Positions 25,292-38,504 of a stretch of 64,000 nt of DNA are shown here, in pieces. Position 1 is the first letter of the stretch, and every line of letters begins with the position of its first letter. Made by a program: the position numbers and the translations under genes. This stretch comes from Selaginella moellendorffii (Eukaryota > Plantae > Lycopodiophyta). Location: positions 153,525 through 217,524 of the forward strand of contig NW_003314421.1 in the NCBI RefSeq assembly GCF_000143415.4, written 5' to 3'. The notes under the pieces are model-generated. The model ran no database searches and was not told where the DNA came from. It saw nothing but the letters and a program-made list of their open reading frames with translations.

Positions 25292-27020
25292 TGTAAGGAA
25301 CCAACTCCCCGAGGTGTCGTAGGCTAAAGGATCCCCGAAAGCATGACCGAAATGACAAAGATTTCATCGAATGGGACCGAGTCTGAGATCGAGTCCAAGA
25401 CCGACTCTAAGACCGAGTTCGAGATGGAGTCCGGAATCGAGTTTGAGGTCGACTCAAAGACCGAGTTTGAGACGGAGTCCGAGATCCGAAAACGGGTCCA
25501 AGACCGAGTCCGAGATCGAGTCCAAAGTCGAGTTCGAGATCGGGTTCGAGATCGAGTCTGAAATCGAGTTCGAGACCGAATCTGAAGTCGGGTCTGAGAT
25601 CGAGTCCGAGACCGAGTCCAAGTACTAATACAGGTCAAGGGGTGAAAGCCCAAAGCGTGTGTCTCAGGTGGGGGGGGGGGGTTGCTGCAGGGGGTTCCAA
25701 AAGTATAGTAGGGATAGTGAGGTCTAGGAGCCAGTCTTGAAGGAACTCTCCAGTGATGCTTCCAAACTGACTTGAGGTTGAGATTGGGGCCAAGGGTCCT
25801 TGGGTGGGAGTGACCATGGACTCGGGTGGTGCCGGAGGGGCCACCCAGGGAAGTGCTCAAGAGCAGCTCCCACTCCCGAAAGGGAAACTAACTGCGGTGC
25901 TCCTGGCTCATGTGGAGTGGTGCCCCACTTGAGTACCTTGTGGCTCATTGGTCCTCGCCCTTCCTAGGGGCTTGGGCCTTCCCTTTGGGATGGAAGTGGG
26001 GGGATGGAGGTACCCATACCGGGCCGTTAAGCCACGGTGTTTCGCCCCGACATCCCGAAGCATGTGTTGCACCCAAGGCTTGGGATTTAAAGGGTCCCAT
26101 GATCAAGTCTTGTGGTACCAAGGGATGTTAAGAACCTGGAGGCTTGGTGTGCTTGGCTGCTTGTGCCTACGGGGACTGTAGCCGAACCTTAATGTAAGCA
26201 ACCAAAGGGAACGACTCGAGAGACGATCCATAGGGGTTCAAATATAGAGGGAAAGGGCCCATGAACAAGAGTGCACCCCCTTTTCCAATCGGTTAAGGGT
26301 CTTAGGATAGTTGGAGTTAAGCGTCCTTGGGTTTGAATAGTACTGGGCTGGGTGACCTCCCGGGAAGTCCAAACTCAAGAGCTTACATTTGGTATCAGAG
26401 GGGTCTTGGGTCCGACTCTGTTGGTTGGCTTAAGGGAATCGCACCACATGTTGATTGACATCTGGCTGGTCCAGTTTGCTCCCGCTGGGCTCGACCCAAG
26501 GGGTAGGGTGTCAAGAGAGCGAGGCTCTCGGGAGAGCTGCGGCTCTCAGCTTCCGTTCACGAGGGCGTGAACTTGCAGGGAAGCGTGGTGGATTGTAAGC
26601 AACCAAAGGGAACGACTCGAGAGACGATCCATAGGGGTTCAAATATAGAGGGAAAGGGCCCATGAACAAGAGTGCACCCCCTTTTCCAATCGGTTAAGGG
26701 TCTTGGGATAGTTGGAGTTAAACGTCCTTGGGTTTGAATAGTACTGGGCTGGGTGACCTCCCGGGAAGTCCAAACTCAGGAGCTTACACTTAAGTCTAGT
26801 CTAACCCGGGGAGGGGGATTGGGAGAGATTTGGGAAACCATGGATGGATGGCTAACGCTCCATTGCTCATACAGTGAGTAGCTGAAACCAAGTAGGACCA
26901 AGTAGGAGCTGGTACCATAGGTGGGGACCTTGGCGAGGGAACTTAGTAAAACCTAAGGCAGTGTTGGATGGATAGATGAGGTAAGCTGGCAAATTGGAAA
27001 GGAAAAATTTGTGGCTTACA
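25292..27020 (+). mobile_element. Solo LTR (family B) nested in the family-A 3' LTR
   Basis: TG...CA ends, TSD TAAGC/TAAGT; homologous to LTR 49968-51120; empty site visible at ~20686. Confidence 0.9.
26193..26788 (+). mobile_element. Cassandra-type TRIM, complete (195-bp LTRs 26193-26387 and 26594-26788, 5S rRNA-like core)
   Basis: Perfect TSD CTTAA; PBS TGGTATCAGAG (tRNA-iMet) at 26390; purine-rich tract; LTR holds AGTTAAGCGTCCTTGGG..TAGTACTGGGCTGGGTGACCTCCCGGGAAGTCC resembling the 5S rRNA A/IE/C boxes. Confidence 0.92.
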
Positions 27021-29155
27021 TAAGTGAGGCTCCAAAAAGGGACCCAAAAGGACCAACACATGATACGTGGAAGTGTCCGAGATGGAGAGTCTGAGATGGA
27101 CCCAAGTTGGAGCCCGAGGTGGAGTCCGAGATGGAGTCCGAGATGGACCAGAGTTGGAGTCCGAGATGGAGTCCGAGATGGAGTCTGACAAGGAGCCCGA
27201 GATGGACCAAGACGGAGTCCGAGATGGACTGAGATAGAGTCCAAGATGGATTGAGACGGAGTCCGAGATGGAGTCCGAGATGGAGTCTGACAAGGAGCCC
27301 GAGATGGACCAAGACGGAGTCCGAGATGGACTGAGATAGAGTCCAAGATGGATTGAGACGGAGTCCGAGATGGAGTCTGAGAAGGAGCCCGAGATGGACC
27401 AAGACGGAGTCCGAGATGGACTGAGACAGAGTCCAAGATGGATTGAGACGGAGTCCGAGATGGAGTCTGAGATGGACCGAGACGGAGTCCGAGATGGAGT
27501 CCGAGAGGGATCCGAGATGGAGTCCGAGATGGAGTTCGAGATGGAGTCCAAGAGGGAGTCCAAGAGGGATCCGAGATGGAGTCCGAGTTGGAGTCTGAGA
27601 TGGAGTCCGAGATGGAGTCCGAGATGGACCCGAGATGGACCCAAGATGGAGTCCGAGATGGACCGAGACGGAGTCCAAGATGGAGTCCGAGATGGACCCG
27701 AGATGGAATCCGAGATGGAGTCCGAGAAGGACCCGAGATGGAGTCCGAGTCCGAGTCCGAGCCCGAGTCTGAGTCCAAGTTCAAGTCTGAGAGGGTGAAA
27801 GCCCAAAGCGTTCATCTCCCAGACCCTGGGGGGTTTGGTGAGTTCCAAAAGTATAGTAGGGGGAGGACTGTAGTGGAGCCAATTTGGCCAGGAAAGGCCA
27901 GTTTGGCCCAGGAAGGCTGTACCCAGTGTTGGGTGATGAGCTGCCCACTGGGAAGTCCAAGACTAGAGTGAACACAGACCAACAAGTGGGGTAGCTTGGT
28001 GAAGTGTTCAAGAGCCGGCTCTAGTTCCCCCGGGAGATCGACTGGCCGATGCTCCTAGTCCAAGTGTGGGTGGCACTACCTACTTAGATACTTGGTGTGG
28101 CTCAAGAACCTCACTCTAAGCCCATGGCTAGAGCACCCGAAGGCGGAAGGCGGGGAGAGTACCCACGAGGCTCGCATAAGGCCGCGGTGTTCCAAAATAT
28201 TGCCCCAAAGTCCCAGATTTTGAAAAGGAGGAGGAGCCGTCCTCTAGTATAGAGACCAAGGATACGGTCATATGAGGAGGTAGTCCCAGAGGACCAAGGG
28301 ACTTAGTGGTCAGGCTTGTGGGCCTTGACCCAGTGGTAGTGTTGGTGAACATGGCCATGGACAAAAAGGGACTTGGTGGGGATTGGAACAGGGATATTGG
28401 GGAAGGCTAATCCCCATGTCTATGGGCATCCTAAGGATGCTAAAGAGTGGATCGGGGATGATCACTCATGGGTGGATAGCTTAGTCTTTGAGAGATAGGA
28501 CTATGATGCAGGTGGTGTTAGACTACCAGTGTGACCAAGGTGAAGGGGCATGGCCTTAGCGTAATAGGCTGATATGTCGATGGTACCTTGGGATGTCGGT
28601 CATGGGATCAGACACGTGGAGCACTTGGACCAAGTGCAAAGGTTGAGTGGCGGGGATGCTATTCTCAGGGCTAGCAAGCCCAAGTCCAAAATAGGACTTA
28701 TGGAGGTTGTGAGTGAGACTCCTCCAAGTGGTTGGAGGTGTGGTTAAGTGACTAAAGTAGAATGGAAAAATTTAGTCGCTTACAATGGCATCCATGCCCA
28801 TCTATCTAAGCTCTCAAGGTCGTGGAGTGCGAGGTAGGTCAGGGTCCCACGAGGAGGATTGTTACAAGGTTGGGGTCTTGGAACACGCACGGCAACAAGC
28901 CAAGATGGGAAAGGGCCCTTTGTATCAATGGCTAGGACACTACGACACAAGGCAGCAAGTGAGCCACACAAAGCAGCAGCTCAACAGGATGAGAACCGTG
29001 AGATAGAAGTGGTAGACATGTCTAGGTTGGGGGATGGCCAGGTCCTCGAAAAAGCTGGAAGTGTAAGTTGTGCTAGAGGCAAAGTTTCCACTGAGAGTGG
29101 AGGAGAGGATGAAACTACCTCCCCTCACCCACTTGCATGGTCACTAGCTGGAGTT

Positions 29156-29716
29156 TGTAAGCAACTAAAGAGAACAACTTGAGAGATGATCTATAGGGTT
29201 CAAATATAAAAGAAAAAGGCCGATAAATAATAGTGCACCCCCTTTTCTAATTGGTTAAGGGTCTTGAATAGTATTGGGCTGGATGACCTCTCAGAAAGTT
29301 CAAATTCAGGAGCTTACATTTGGTATCAGAGAGGTCTTGGGTCCGACTCTGTTGGTTCACTAAGGGAATCACACCATATGTTGATTGATACTTGGCAGGT
29401 CCAGTTTGCTCTAGCTGGGCTTGACCCAAGGGGTAGGGTGTCAAAAGAGTAGAGCTCAAGAGAGAGTTGTGGCTCTCAGCTTCCATTCACGAGGGCATGA
29501 ACTTGCAAGCAAACATGGTGGATTGTAAGCAACCAAAGAGAATGATTTGAGTGATGATCCATGGGGTTCAAATATAGGGGGAAAGGGCCTATGAATAAGA
29601 GTGCACCCCCTTACCAATTGGTTTAGGGTCTTGGGATAATTGGGGTTAAATGTCCTTGAGTTTGAATAGTACTAAGTTGGGTGACCTCCCGAGAAGTCCA
29701 AATTCAGGAGCTTACA
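29156..29716 (+). mobile_element. Cassandra-type TRIM, older copy
   Basis: LTRs 29156-29318 and 29524-29716, PBS TGGTATCAGAG, TSD GAGTT/GAGTG. Confidence 0.88.
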
Positions 29717-32700
29717 GAGTGCAAGAGATTCATGAGAGTCTCAGACCAGTCACAAGTCAGAAAGGCTTACGGGGAATCATCCCAAGCAACTTTGCAGTTG
29801 AGGGGATTCACAGGGATGGATATCTTATAGAAGCACAAGAGTGGTGCACTAGGGTCAGGTCAGGAGTCACCACCAGAGCAGCAGCACGTGCAGCAGCAGT
29901 AGAGCTAGGGCATAGGACATGAGAACTCAAGTCTACCCCACCCAGAACGACCAAGAACAAAGAGGAACAAGGCCCTAGCATGGACGCACTTTTGTCCTAC
30001 AAGATCAACATGGAAGCCTCACTAGAAGGTGAGTTCATAATCCCTCACTCAAAGACACAACCAAGCTAAGAGATCTCCAGGGAGAATGGCTCTAGAGCTG
30101 AGCAAGGAACAGCCACTCTGAACACTAAAGTTTGCCTACAAATGCTTGTCGAACCTTATGAACAAGCCCAGAGCTTCACTCCCATCTTCACCAGCTTATT
30201 CCTCAAGTGTGAGGCCCTGATCTAGCTTACAGCCCCCAGTGGCAAGGTTCTACACTGACTCAAGATAGGTTGGAGACAGCACAGACTGTCTACACTTGCT
30301 TTCGCCAAAGCTTGCAGGTGGTGGTATAGTCTCTGGAACAGTGAGAGGTTCACGGAACAAGTGCATCGCAAGTCGACACAGTGAATACAGTAGGAAGTCT
30401 TGCAACTAACTCACCAACTAGATGACATGGAAGACATGGGGAATGTCTCACTGTGGGATGCATGTTGAGTAGCTCTGGGAATTCTAATAGAGAACCTCAA
30501 GACACGAAAGGACTAGGCAGTTGGCACACTCCCTGTTCACGGGAATGCATCAAGCTCATGCCCAGCTGATGGGAACCTCCTGCACCACCTAGAGACTCCT
30601 ATAGATCAGGCTGGGCTCATCCCTGACCCAGCAAGAATGCAGGAGGCAGCACGTCAGGTGGACCTTGCACACCAGCAACAAGTGAGGAAATCAGACTTAG
30701 AGTCTCTCACAGTTCTCCATGAGGGGCAGAAGGTGTTGCTCCCCTCTCCACTTCTGAGACTTGATGAGGCAGGGATGTTGGTCTGGGACCCTCACCACTT
30801 TGTGGAAAGGATCCAAAGGTCTCCACTTCCAATATGCAAAGAATTCCAATCAACTCTGCTGTCCATTATTAGAGAGCTGGACCTGAATCCTTTGGCAGAA
30901 GACCTCGTGTTGGGACCTACACTACGAGAAGCACAGGAATTAATCACAAAGGTAGTGGTCACACAGCAAGCGGATTTGTTTGATGCATGGGCTTAAGAGC
31001 AAGGTGGCAAGTTAGATGTCACACCAACTCCAACAGATGATGTGAGACTTGGAGAGCTAGAAACAAAGCCAGAGATGGAGCACTCACTAGATGAACAGTC
31101 AGATGGCACACTTCTATTCCAGGAACAGGATACCTTCAACAAGAGGAAGACCAAACATGAGAAGAAGAAAGTGAAGCGAGCAACACGGTGGAAGCTTAAA
31201 GCTCTAGGACTTGCTAAGGAGAGCCCGTCCTGGACAAACACAGTTGAAGCCTTCCTTGAGGAGGAGCAGGCCCCCACTGATAAGAGAGCAAGCACGCAGG
31301 AGGACCAACGCCAAGAGGTTGACACATCTAAGTGAGTGGCAAAGACCTAGTTGAGAGCAGGGAAGACTCGGGGCCACGGAAAGGTGGCAGAAGCACTACA
31401 CTCCTTGGAGGGAATAGTGATGGCAACAAGAAGAATCCCTCCCATAATATGAATGGGGAAAAATTGGATCAATGCAACGTTGGGATAGGGAATCCTCATG
31501 AAGAAGATGCTGCCACACAGGAAGGGCTGTTACACAGTTGTCTTTGAATAAGAGGAGACACAATCTTAGACAAAGGCCATGCATGGCCTCATTGATGAGA
31601 ATTGGGCAGTGTCATTCCACCCATGGATCCCGAGGTTCATGGCAAAGGACCAGGCATGTCTTAGGGGTGGGAGCTTTCCAATGAACATCACACTGTAGGA
31701 CCCATGGAAATGTGGACCACAATGGTGATCCAGGAGCTGGTTGAAGGGAGTATTGGCCAGATAGTGGCTGGTCTCAAAACTGTAGAAGCAAAGGGTGTCC
31801 TTGGCCCCATCCGACTCAACGTTTTTGTGTCAGCCTCAGCTGAAATCCTGGCAAAGATTGCAGTGCTAGGCAAATATATCAGGATCCAAATGGAGAACTC
31901 GGAATCTAGATGCAACTTTTGTCAGTGTGTCAGACATCAGGAGGAGGCCTGCTCATTCAAGTGGAATAGGCTGGCCTCCCATAAGCCTTTTGAGCTATCG
32001 GAAGAGCAGGAGAAGATCTTGAAGGCATGCCCTCCAGACCAAGCTCCCCACATTCACTTCCCAGTTGCTCCACCACTCTTGGGTTCTTCCTCACAGCCCC
32101 AACTATTCAAGTGACCTATCACAGATGCCAAAGGGGATGGCTTCCAGCCGGTCCTCCCTCTAATAGTAGGAATGGCGGTCAAGTGGATTCCGCCTAAGCG
32201 GGAATTAAGTCCCACTAAGGTGGGAGACTGGCTGATGTGCTGTGGGAGCACAGCCTTCCTAGAGGTTGTTACCATTGGCAACTACCAGACACACCTGGAG
32301 AGTGCCATCATTGAGTGGATAGGCTTTGCGAAATACACTGTCCGAGGCTTCTCCTGGACAAAGTATAGGGGGGAGATGACTGTGGTGTGGACCATCTCCA
32401 CAGAATGGAGGGCAAGACCCCGCAACACTTCACTTTCTTGGAAGGACGTGGCTCCATAACAACACTCACAATTGTCACTTGGAACTGTCGAGGACTCAGC
32501 TGGACCGGCAGTTGACTCAACAAAAGGGCGCAGCTCAAGTCCCACATCCATGAGATCAACTTAGAAAGAGGCATCAGCATCCTGTATCTGCAAGAGCACA
32601 AAATGACCGAGGCCCCAGACTACACCTTTGGTATGAGGGGATGTGGAACCTGGCCACGCAAGCAGTACCCAGATCAGGAGGTGGCACAGTGATAGTCTCA

Positions 32701-33335
32701 ACCAAATGGTCTGCTCAGGTATGAAACCACATTGTCTTGTTTCAAGGAAAGGCTCAGCTGCTTGTCCTTCATCTCCACTTCGAATGGGGGGTTAATTAAT
32801 GTCTATGCACCAACTGGGAAAGGAAGACGTGCAGAATTCTAGTTGAGCATGTCGCAATCTGCCCAAGGGCAAGCAGATGAATGGCTGGTCCTAGGAGACT
32901 TTGGTTGAGGACATTTGCGATCGTAGGGGAATGCAGGAAACAATTCAACTACGCAAGCGGGAGCAGCGAAGTTAACTCGTGGACACACTAGGGATCATGA
33001 ACCTCGAACATATAGTGGGGTTCGCACCTCATGCTCACCTCTTTATGAGGCGGCAGACAATGACCTCCCAGTCGAGACTGGACCAGATCTATGCCTCAAC
33101 TCGCATACGGCAGGATGGTGGAAGCCTTAAAACGTGGCTCGGTTTCACCTCCTTCTCAGATCACGACCCCCTCTGCTGTGTGATCAAGCTTCAAAGGAAC
33201 AAAGGGACAGCAGTCCAGCGTTCAATCACGAGAGCAACGCTGCGAGACTCGGTGACAATCAGGCTAATACATGACACCCTCGTGCAAGACAAGATGGGAC
33301 TGATCCCAATGCTCTTGTCTTGCTCCCAGAACAAT

Positions 33336-34100
33336 CCTCCTCATGAACGCTAGGATGATCCCGAGCACGAACACTGCCAAGGCAGTCGGGATCCTCTGGA
33401 AAAACTTCACAAGCTTTGACGATCTCGCTTGATGTTCTTCACAGTGCTCTTCATGATCATCGTGATGACGATCACCTTCACTGTTTGTCATGAAGTACTC
33501 GTAGCCCTCACCGGATACATTCACCAGCATGATGAATGCAAAGCAAATCACTGTGAGGAGAATTCCATCCAAGTCCAGCTGTGGTCAATCACCCATTGCC
33601 TTGTCCCTAGAGAGATTTTGATCCTTCATCAAGTGAGTGACAGCCTTGACCGCGAAAGAGCCCATGCGCAAGCTGGATGCCACAAACCACCGGCAATGGC
33701 ACGATCCAAGCCACGACCCGTGATCAAGCCCATGGTTCCAAGCACAAACACGATCGCAGACACAGTGATCCCCGCGGCCATGATCTCATCCACATGGAGA
33801 TGCTTGGATTCGGTGAAGGCCACCACTGTGATGGATTTCGTGGGCTGGACAGGCATTGGCACACCAAAGAGCACACTAGTGAGAATGTTGTAGATGCCTG
33901 TGGCGATGAGAGATGTACCAAGATCCATGCCATTGATGAGAGCTAGAGCCATGACAATCGGGATGAATGTGCCCAGGTCGCCCAGCGAGCTGCTGAGCTC
34001 CTGCCATGGCCGCCTGCACTGGAGATTGCTGCGCAGCCCTGTGCCATCACTGGGAGAATCCACCGCTCCTCCCGCTCATGCCTCTTCCTCCATGGATGGG
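33336..34100 (-). pseudogene. MOT1: Molybdate transporter (MOT1 family) 5' fragment
   Basis: ELSSSLGDLGTFIPI, FGVPMPVQPTKSI; frameshifted and truncated; duplicate of 55766-56490. Confidence 0.85.
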
Positions 34101-34329
34101 TGCCACTGCCTAAATTTATATAGTCCAAAAGCTGGCTACCAAGAGACCATTGGAAATGAGCAAAGAATTTTCTCTTTAATCATACATGATAATCTGTCAA
34201 AGAATACCCTCTTTAATCACGAGGACACAGAATCTACACCCACACTAGTTTCAAACAAAATTGCTACTATTTGCTAGTAGAATTCCTAGAATCTACACTT
34301 AAAGCTTCAACACCATGAGATCTTTGTCC

Positions 34330-34780
34330 TCAATTTCTAGACTTTGCTCCCAGCAAGCACATCCAATCCACTGAAACTGGCTTATAAGGCATGCTCCTCA
34401 CAAGTTCCTCAGCCTCTTCCACACACCCAGCTCGCCCCAAGCAATCCACCATGCAGCAGTAACCTTGCCTTGATCCTTGGTAGTGGCGAGATGCCCTTCT
34501 TGGGCGTGTGCCAAGAACATAATGACCCACAAGTGGCAGTCACATTGCTCCATGGAGTCAAACACTGCTTGCGTGCGCTGGATCTTGCCCAGCTTGCCAT
34601 ACCAAATGATGACGAGATTGGAGAGGTAGTAGCAATCGCCAGGCAGCATTTGCTTCTGGGCGATCTCAATCCGGGAATGGGCATCGATTGCCTGCGAGGA
34701 ATTGGTCGCAGAAGTGATGAGATCCACACACTCGGACTTGGACAGCATCAGTTTCGCTCGACACCAAAGCTAGCCTCTCA
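34330..34780 (-). pseudogene. PLS-class PPR gene fragment
   Basis: YGKLGKIQRTQAVFDSM, YCCMVDCLGRAGCVEEAEELVRSMPYKP..DWMCLLGA; internally deleted. Confidence 0.8.
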
Positions 34781-35573
34781 CAAGATTAGAGAGAAGGGAG
34801 AGATTAGGGAAATTCTCGATGGCATCCTTCCAAGGTAGCACTTCCAGGATCCCCTAGCTTGGTTTGTTCATTCTAGTGAGTCAATGCATTGCAAAGAGCT
34901 TTTCTTAGCTGCCTTCAAACAGTTTCCTTAGGCACTATTCCATCTATGTTCTGTCCAACTGCGATCTTTAGTCTTAATCATTCCATGGCAAAGTCTCTCC
35001 ACGGCACTCATCCAAAATGCTAAGGCCTTTAGGGATGGACAAAAGGCTATGATGGGGATAGATCACACCCGGTATTCAAGTCATGGGACCAGTATTTTAC
35101 ATATTGTGGCCATTCAAGGTATATTTGTGCTGTTTCATTTTCAATCACTTGATGTTATCTTTTGTACTCCAGGTTTGGACAAGTGAAAGACCTAGTCAAT
35201 GTGTCTCTGGATTCTATTGCAGACATGAGGAAACTAGAAGAGGATCAAAAGATGTATGCATGCAGAATGTTTGGATGGGTTAAGAACACAGCAATGTGCA
35301 AGTATTTGGAGCCAAAGCTCAGTGTGAAAAAGAGTAAGTAAAACTTCATAGTTTGTTCTGTCCACAATCAATCTGAGAATTTTTCTGGACTATAGAAGCA
35401 AAGCATTTGCCTATATATTTGTGTGTGTGTAGGCTACAATACCATATACTAATGTTAGCATAGTGGGATTTTAGTAGGTGTCAGATTAATTTCAATCAAG
35501 ACCATTCGCTCTTGTATATAAACTAAGGTTTTTGGGTTAATTTGTATTCCCTTTCCATATTTCATGCACTTAC

Positions 35574-37450
35574 ATTGGTGGAAGTGAGGGGCATCTTTGA
35601 TTACCCCTGAAGAGTGCTTGAATTTGGGATTTTGATTTAGATCTAGTTTTTTCCATTTCCTTTCTTTTGTTTTTTCTTTTCAAGATTTTGGTTTAGATTT
35701 AGCTTTTGCATTGTTTAAATTTTCCTTTTCTTCTAGCTTTTCTTTATTTCTCTTCTTTTACTCTTTCCTTTCAATTCATCTTCATGGCAGAGCAACAGTC
35801 TCCTCTTCCTTTGACTCTATAATAATAGTTGGTGCAATTGTTTGATACTATGCACTTGCAATTGCTTGGTGTTATGTGCTTGCAATTGCACAACCAAACT
35901 TAGTTGATGGCTGCATTCATGGCATATGGTATAGCTCCTCTTGCCCAATTTTTGTGTTCGGTTGGAGTTCTTTCGTGGGAATCTTGGGGATGATGTATAC
36001 CATTGGTTTGATCACTTCACAATGATTACCACATATCATTCTTGGGATGATGCTAAACCCTTGGCGTCAACAATGTCCTATTGGTGCTACTACAGTGAAA
36101 GGTTTGGACACCGAAATGTATTTGGGAAACAAGGAGTTGCACAAGCAATAGAGGGACATTGTATGAATAAGTCAGTGACCCTTCCATTTTTCTTTTGGGA
36201 GTATCATAAAAGGGTTCACTCGGCACCAGTTTATCCAGTCTTTACTTTTTAAGCTCGTTTTTATAACAAAAGGTCTTCTATTATTCTCTCTGTATTGGTT
36301 GATATAGATTCGAGTTTATCTTCTATTGCTCAACTTGTTACTATACATTGCTATCTACACTTGCATCTTGCATCAGAGCTAATTTTCATTCTTTATGGCA
36401 ATGGCCATACACATGCATGTGCATGGGATGGGGTGGACCTAATTGTGCATGTAAGCGATCTTGAGTTTGGGTTGCAATCATTGTGGGTGGTGCCGAATCA
36501 AGCTTTTGACTTCATCCTTAGTATGGATTGGTTATAGTGCAATTATACCAAATGTGACTTTGAGGCTTCTCCCTCTTGTCTCATATTTCCTTATATTTCA
36601 TAGATTCCTCTCACTTCCGTACTTTTTTGTCCCTCTACTTGAAGCGGTTAAAGTGCGTATTTGGGTTCAAGAACATGACTTATCTTGGGTACCGTATTTC
36701 TCATGAGGGTTTGCAAGTTGATCCTAACAAACTTATGGCTATTTTAAAGTTCCCTACTCTAAAGTGTGTGAATGATGTGCAACGCTTCCTGGGCAAGGTA
36801 CAATATCTCGGTCATTTTGTGGATCATATTTTTTATTGCACTACACCGTTGCGAGCATTGTTGAAGTCATTAATATCATCTTTCATCTGGTCTTCGGATT
36901 GTGAGTGGGAATTTGTGGATCTCAAAAAGCTATTGACGACTCCTCTAGTTTTGGCATATCTTGACCACACTCGACCTTTCATTTTGCGTGTGGATGCTTC
37001 TCATATTAGTCTTTGAGGAGTGCTGATGCAAGAGAGCCCGAGTGTGCCTGGTTAGTGTCATTCCATTGCATATATAAGCCATATATTACAACCAACGGAG
37101 GTGAACTACTTCACGACAAAGAAAAGAGTGTTTAGTAGCAGTCTAGGGTTTTGAGAAACTTTATGCATATTTACATGGTTCTCAAAACGTTACTAGAAGG
37201 TGATTATGCTACCGTTACTTCATTATTAAAGAGGAAGAACCTGGTTGGTCATACTGTTTAGTGGGCCTTGAAGCTTCAGATATATGTTTTTCGTGTTGTT
37301 CATCCCCCGGGAAGTTCTATGGCTGATGCTAATACCCTTTCTCAAGATCTTCTTCCTTTTTCACTTTCTTCTCATGATTCTGACAAGCATGTTGTTCTAG
37401 CATCTGTGAATTTTCTAGATAAGAATTCTGTGCCATCGGTGGTTGTGGGC
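35574..37450 (+). mobile_element. Degraded Ty3/gypsy internal fragment (gag, protease, RT, RNase H)
   Basis: ...TTACA followed by PBS-like TTGGTGG; YLGYRISHEGLQVDPNK, DVQRFLG, PFILRVDASH. Confidence 0.8.
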
Positions 37451-37959
37451 ATGGCCTCCTGTTCATTATTGGACGAATACAAACATCTTACTCCTGTAAT
37501 ACATCTGCCTAAGGATCATGTCCTCGTAGAGCTCCAATCCCTCCTCCCTCATCACAAGCTGGAGAAATTCCTTGATAGGGCCACTGTGGCGGCAGTGGCA
37601 ATACAGCTGATCCATGGAAATCCTGGCCCTCTTGCCTGCAAATGCACTGCTACTGGCTACCATACTGGAGATTGCATATAAGAATGTCTGTCAAACCCAT
37701 AGCAGCGTATCAGCCACACTAATGGTAGCAAGTATATTTGCAAAGTATTGAAAATGCCAAAACATACTTGTAGTTACAAAAAAGAACTTTGAAACTTTAA
37801 TACATATAAATTCCTCTAAAGCACCGATGTGACTAACAAGGAAACCATAGACACCAAACATGTTTGTATATTGCTGATTTATATCTAAGGGGCAGAGTGC
37901 TGCTCTTTTGAGACAAAAGTAGCTTCCAAGTCTAACTAGTAGATGATAGTGATGTAGTC

Positions 37960-38450
37960 AAGTGAATGGTTGGGGCCATTTATTGAGGCCTTATGTCAAG
38001 TATAAAATCTTGACTCCATTTTATTCCATTGTCATTACACCACAAGTGAGAGCTCAAGCTACCCCTAGTGCCCTTTTGTTTGCCAAAGTTGTGGCCTATT
38101 AAGCACCATCTTTGACCATATATTAAAGTATAAGAACTTGGTTAGGGGAATTTCAAGAAAAGGTGTAGCATAGTTGCTATACTTTTTTTGTCTTTTATCA
38201 CCAGATTGTAATATTAGTATTAGAGAAGTTAATTGTGATGGTTGACCAAGAGGAACATTAGAATCTTATTATCGATGGTGGTGCCAATAATATTGCCAAT
38301 AGAGTCATAAAGGTTTGGACTATCCATAATGTTGTTCATAAGCTGCAAACCCTCAATCAAATTAGCAAGAAATGCAAGAAGAGATGCATATTATGACAAT
38401 TACCATGTGTGGGTATGTTAAGGCACTCAAAGCTCACTCCAAATAAGACT
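37960..38450 (+). mobile_element. Possible decayed hAT transposase fragment (DUF659-like)
   Basis: EKLIVMVDQE..NLIIDGGANN resembles the hAT E.VVQVITDNAAN block; heavily disrupted. Confidence 0.35.
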
Positions 38451-38504
38451 TTCTTAGTGGATTGGCTCAAGATTCCAACCCTTTTTAGTGATTGTGGCAT
38501 GAAT

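Larger units (their letters stand above)
20513..28784 (+). mobile_element. Ty3/gypsy-type LTR retrotransposon (family A), degraded; partial 5' LTR 20513-~21112, 3' LTR 25111-28784
   Basis: TSD ATGGC at 20508-20512 and 28785-28789; purine tract ATGGGTGGTGGAGT before 25111; LTR ends ...GCTTACA; decayed pol-like interior. Confidence 0.8.
20236..33335 (+). mobile_element. Degraded L1 LINE 5' half (ORF1 and endonuclease), interrupted by an LTR element (20513-28784) and a TRIM (29156-29716)
   Basis: MAAVIEGAARGRRA start matches 47900 copy; ORF1 knuckle CNFCQCVRH..EAC; EN TWNCRGLS, LQEHK, SRLDQIY, SDHDP. Confidence 0.85.

Noticed and set aside
26308-26370. 5S rRNA gene
   Set aside because: Only the internal promoter part is present and it lies within TRIM LTRs
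20256-27971. Long ORFs with SISD/RTPS/LHLG repeats (also 48.9-50.6 kb and 59.8-60.5 kb)
   Set aside because: Artefacts of the stop-free 12-bp LTR minisatellite
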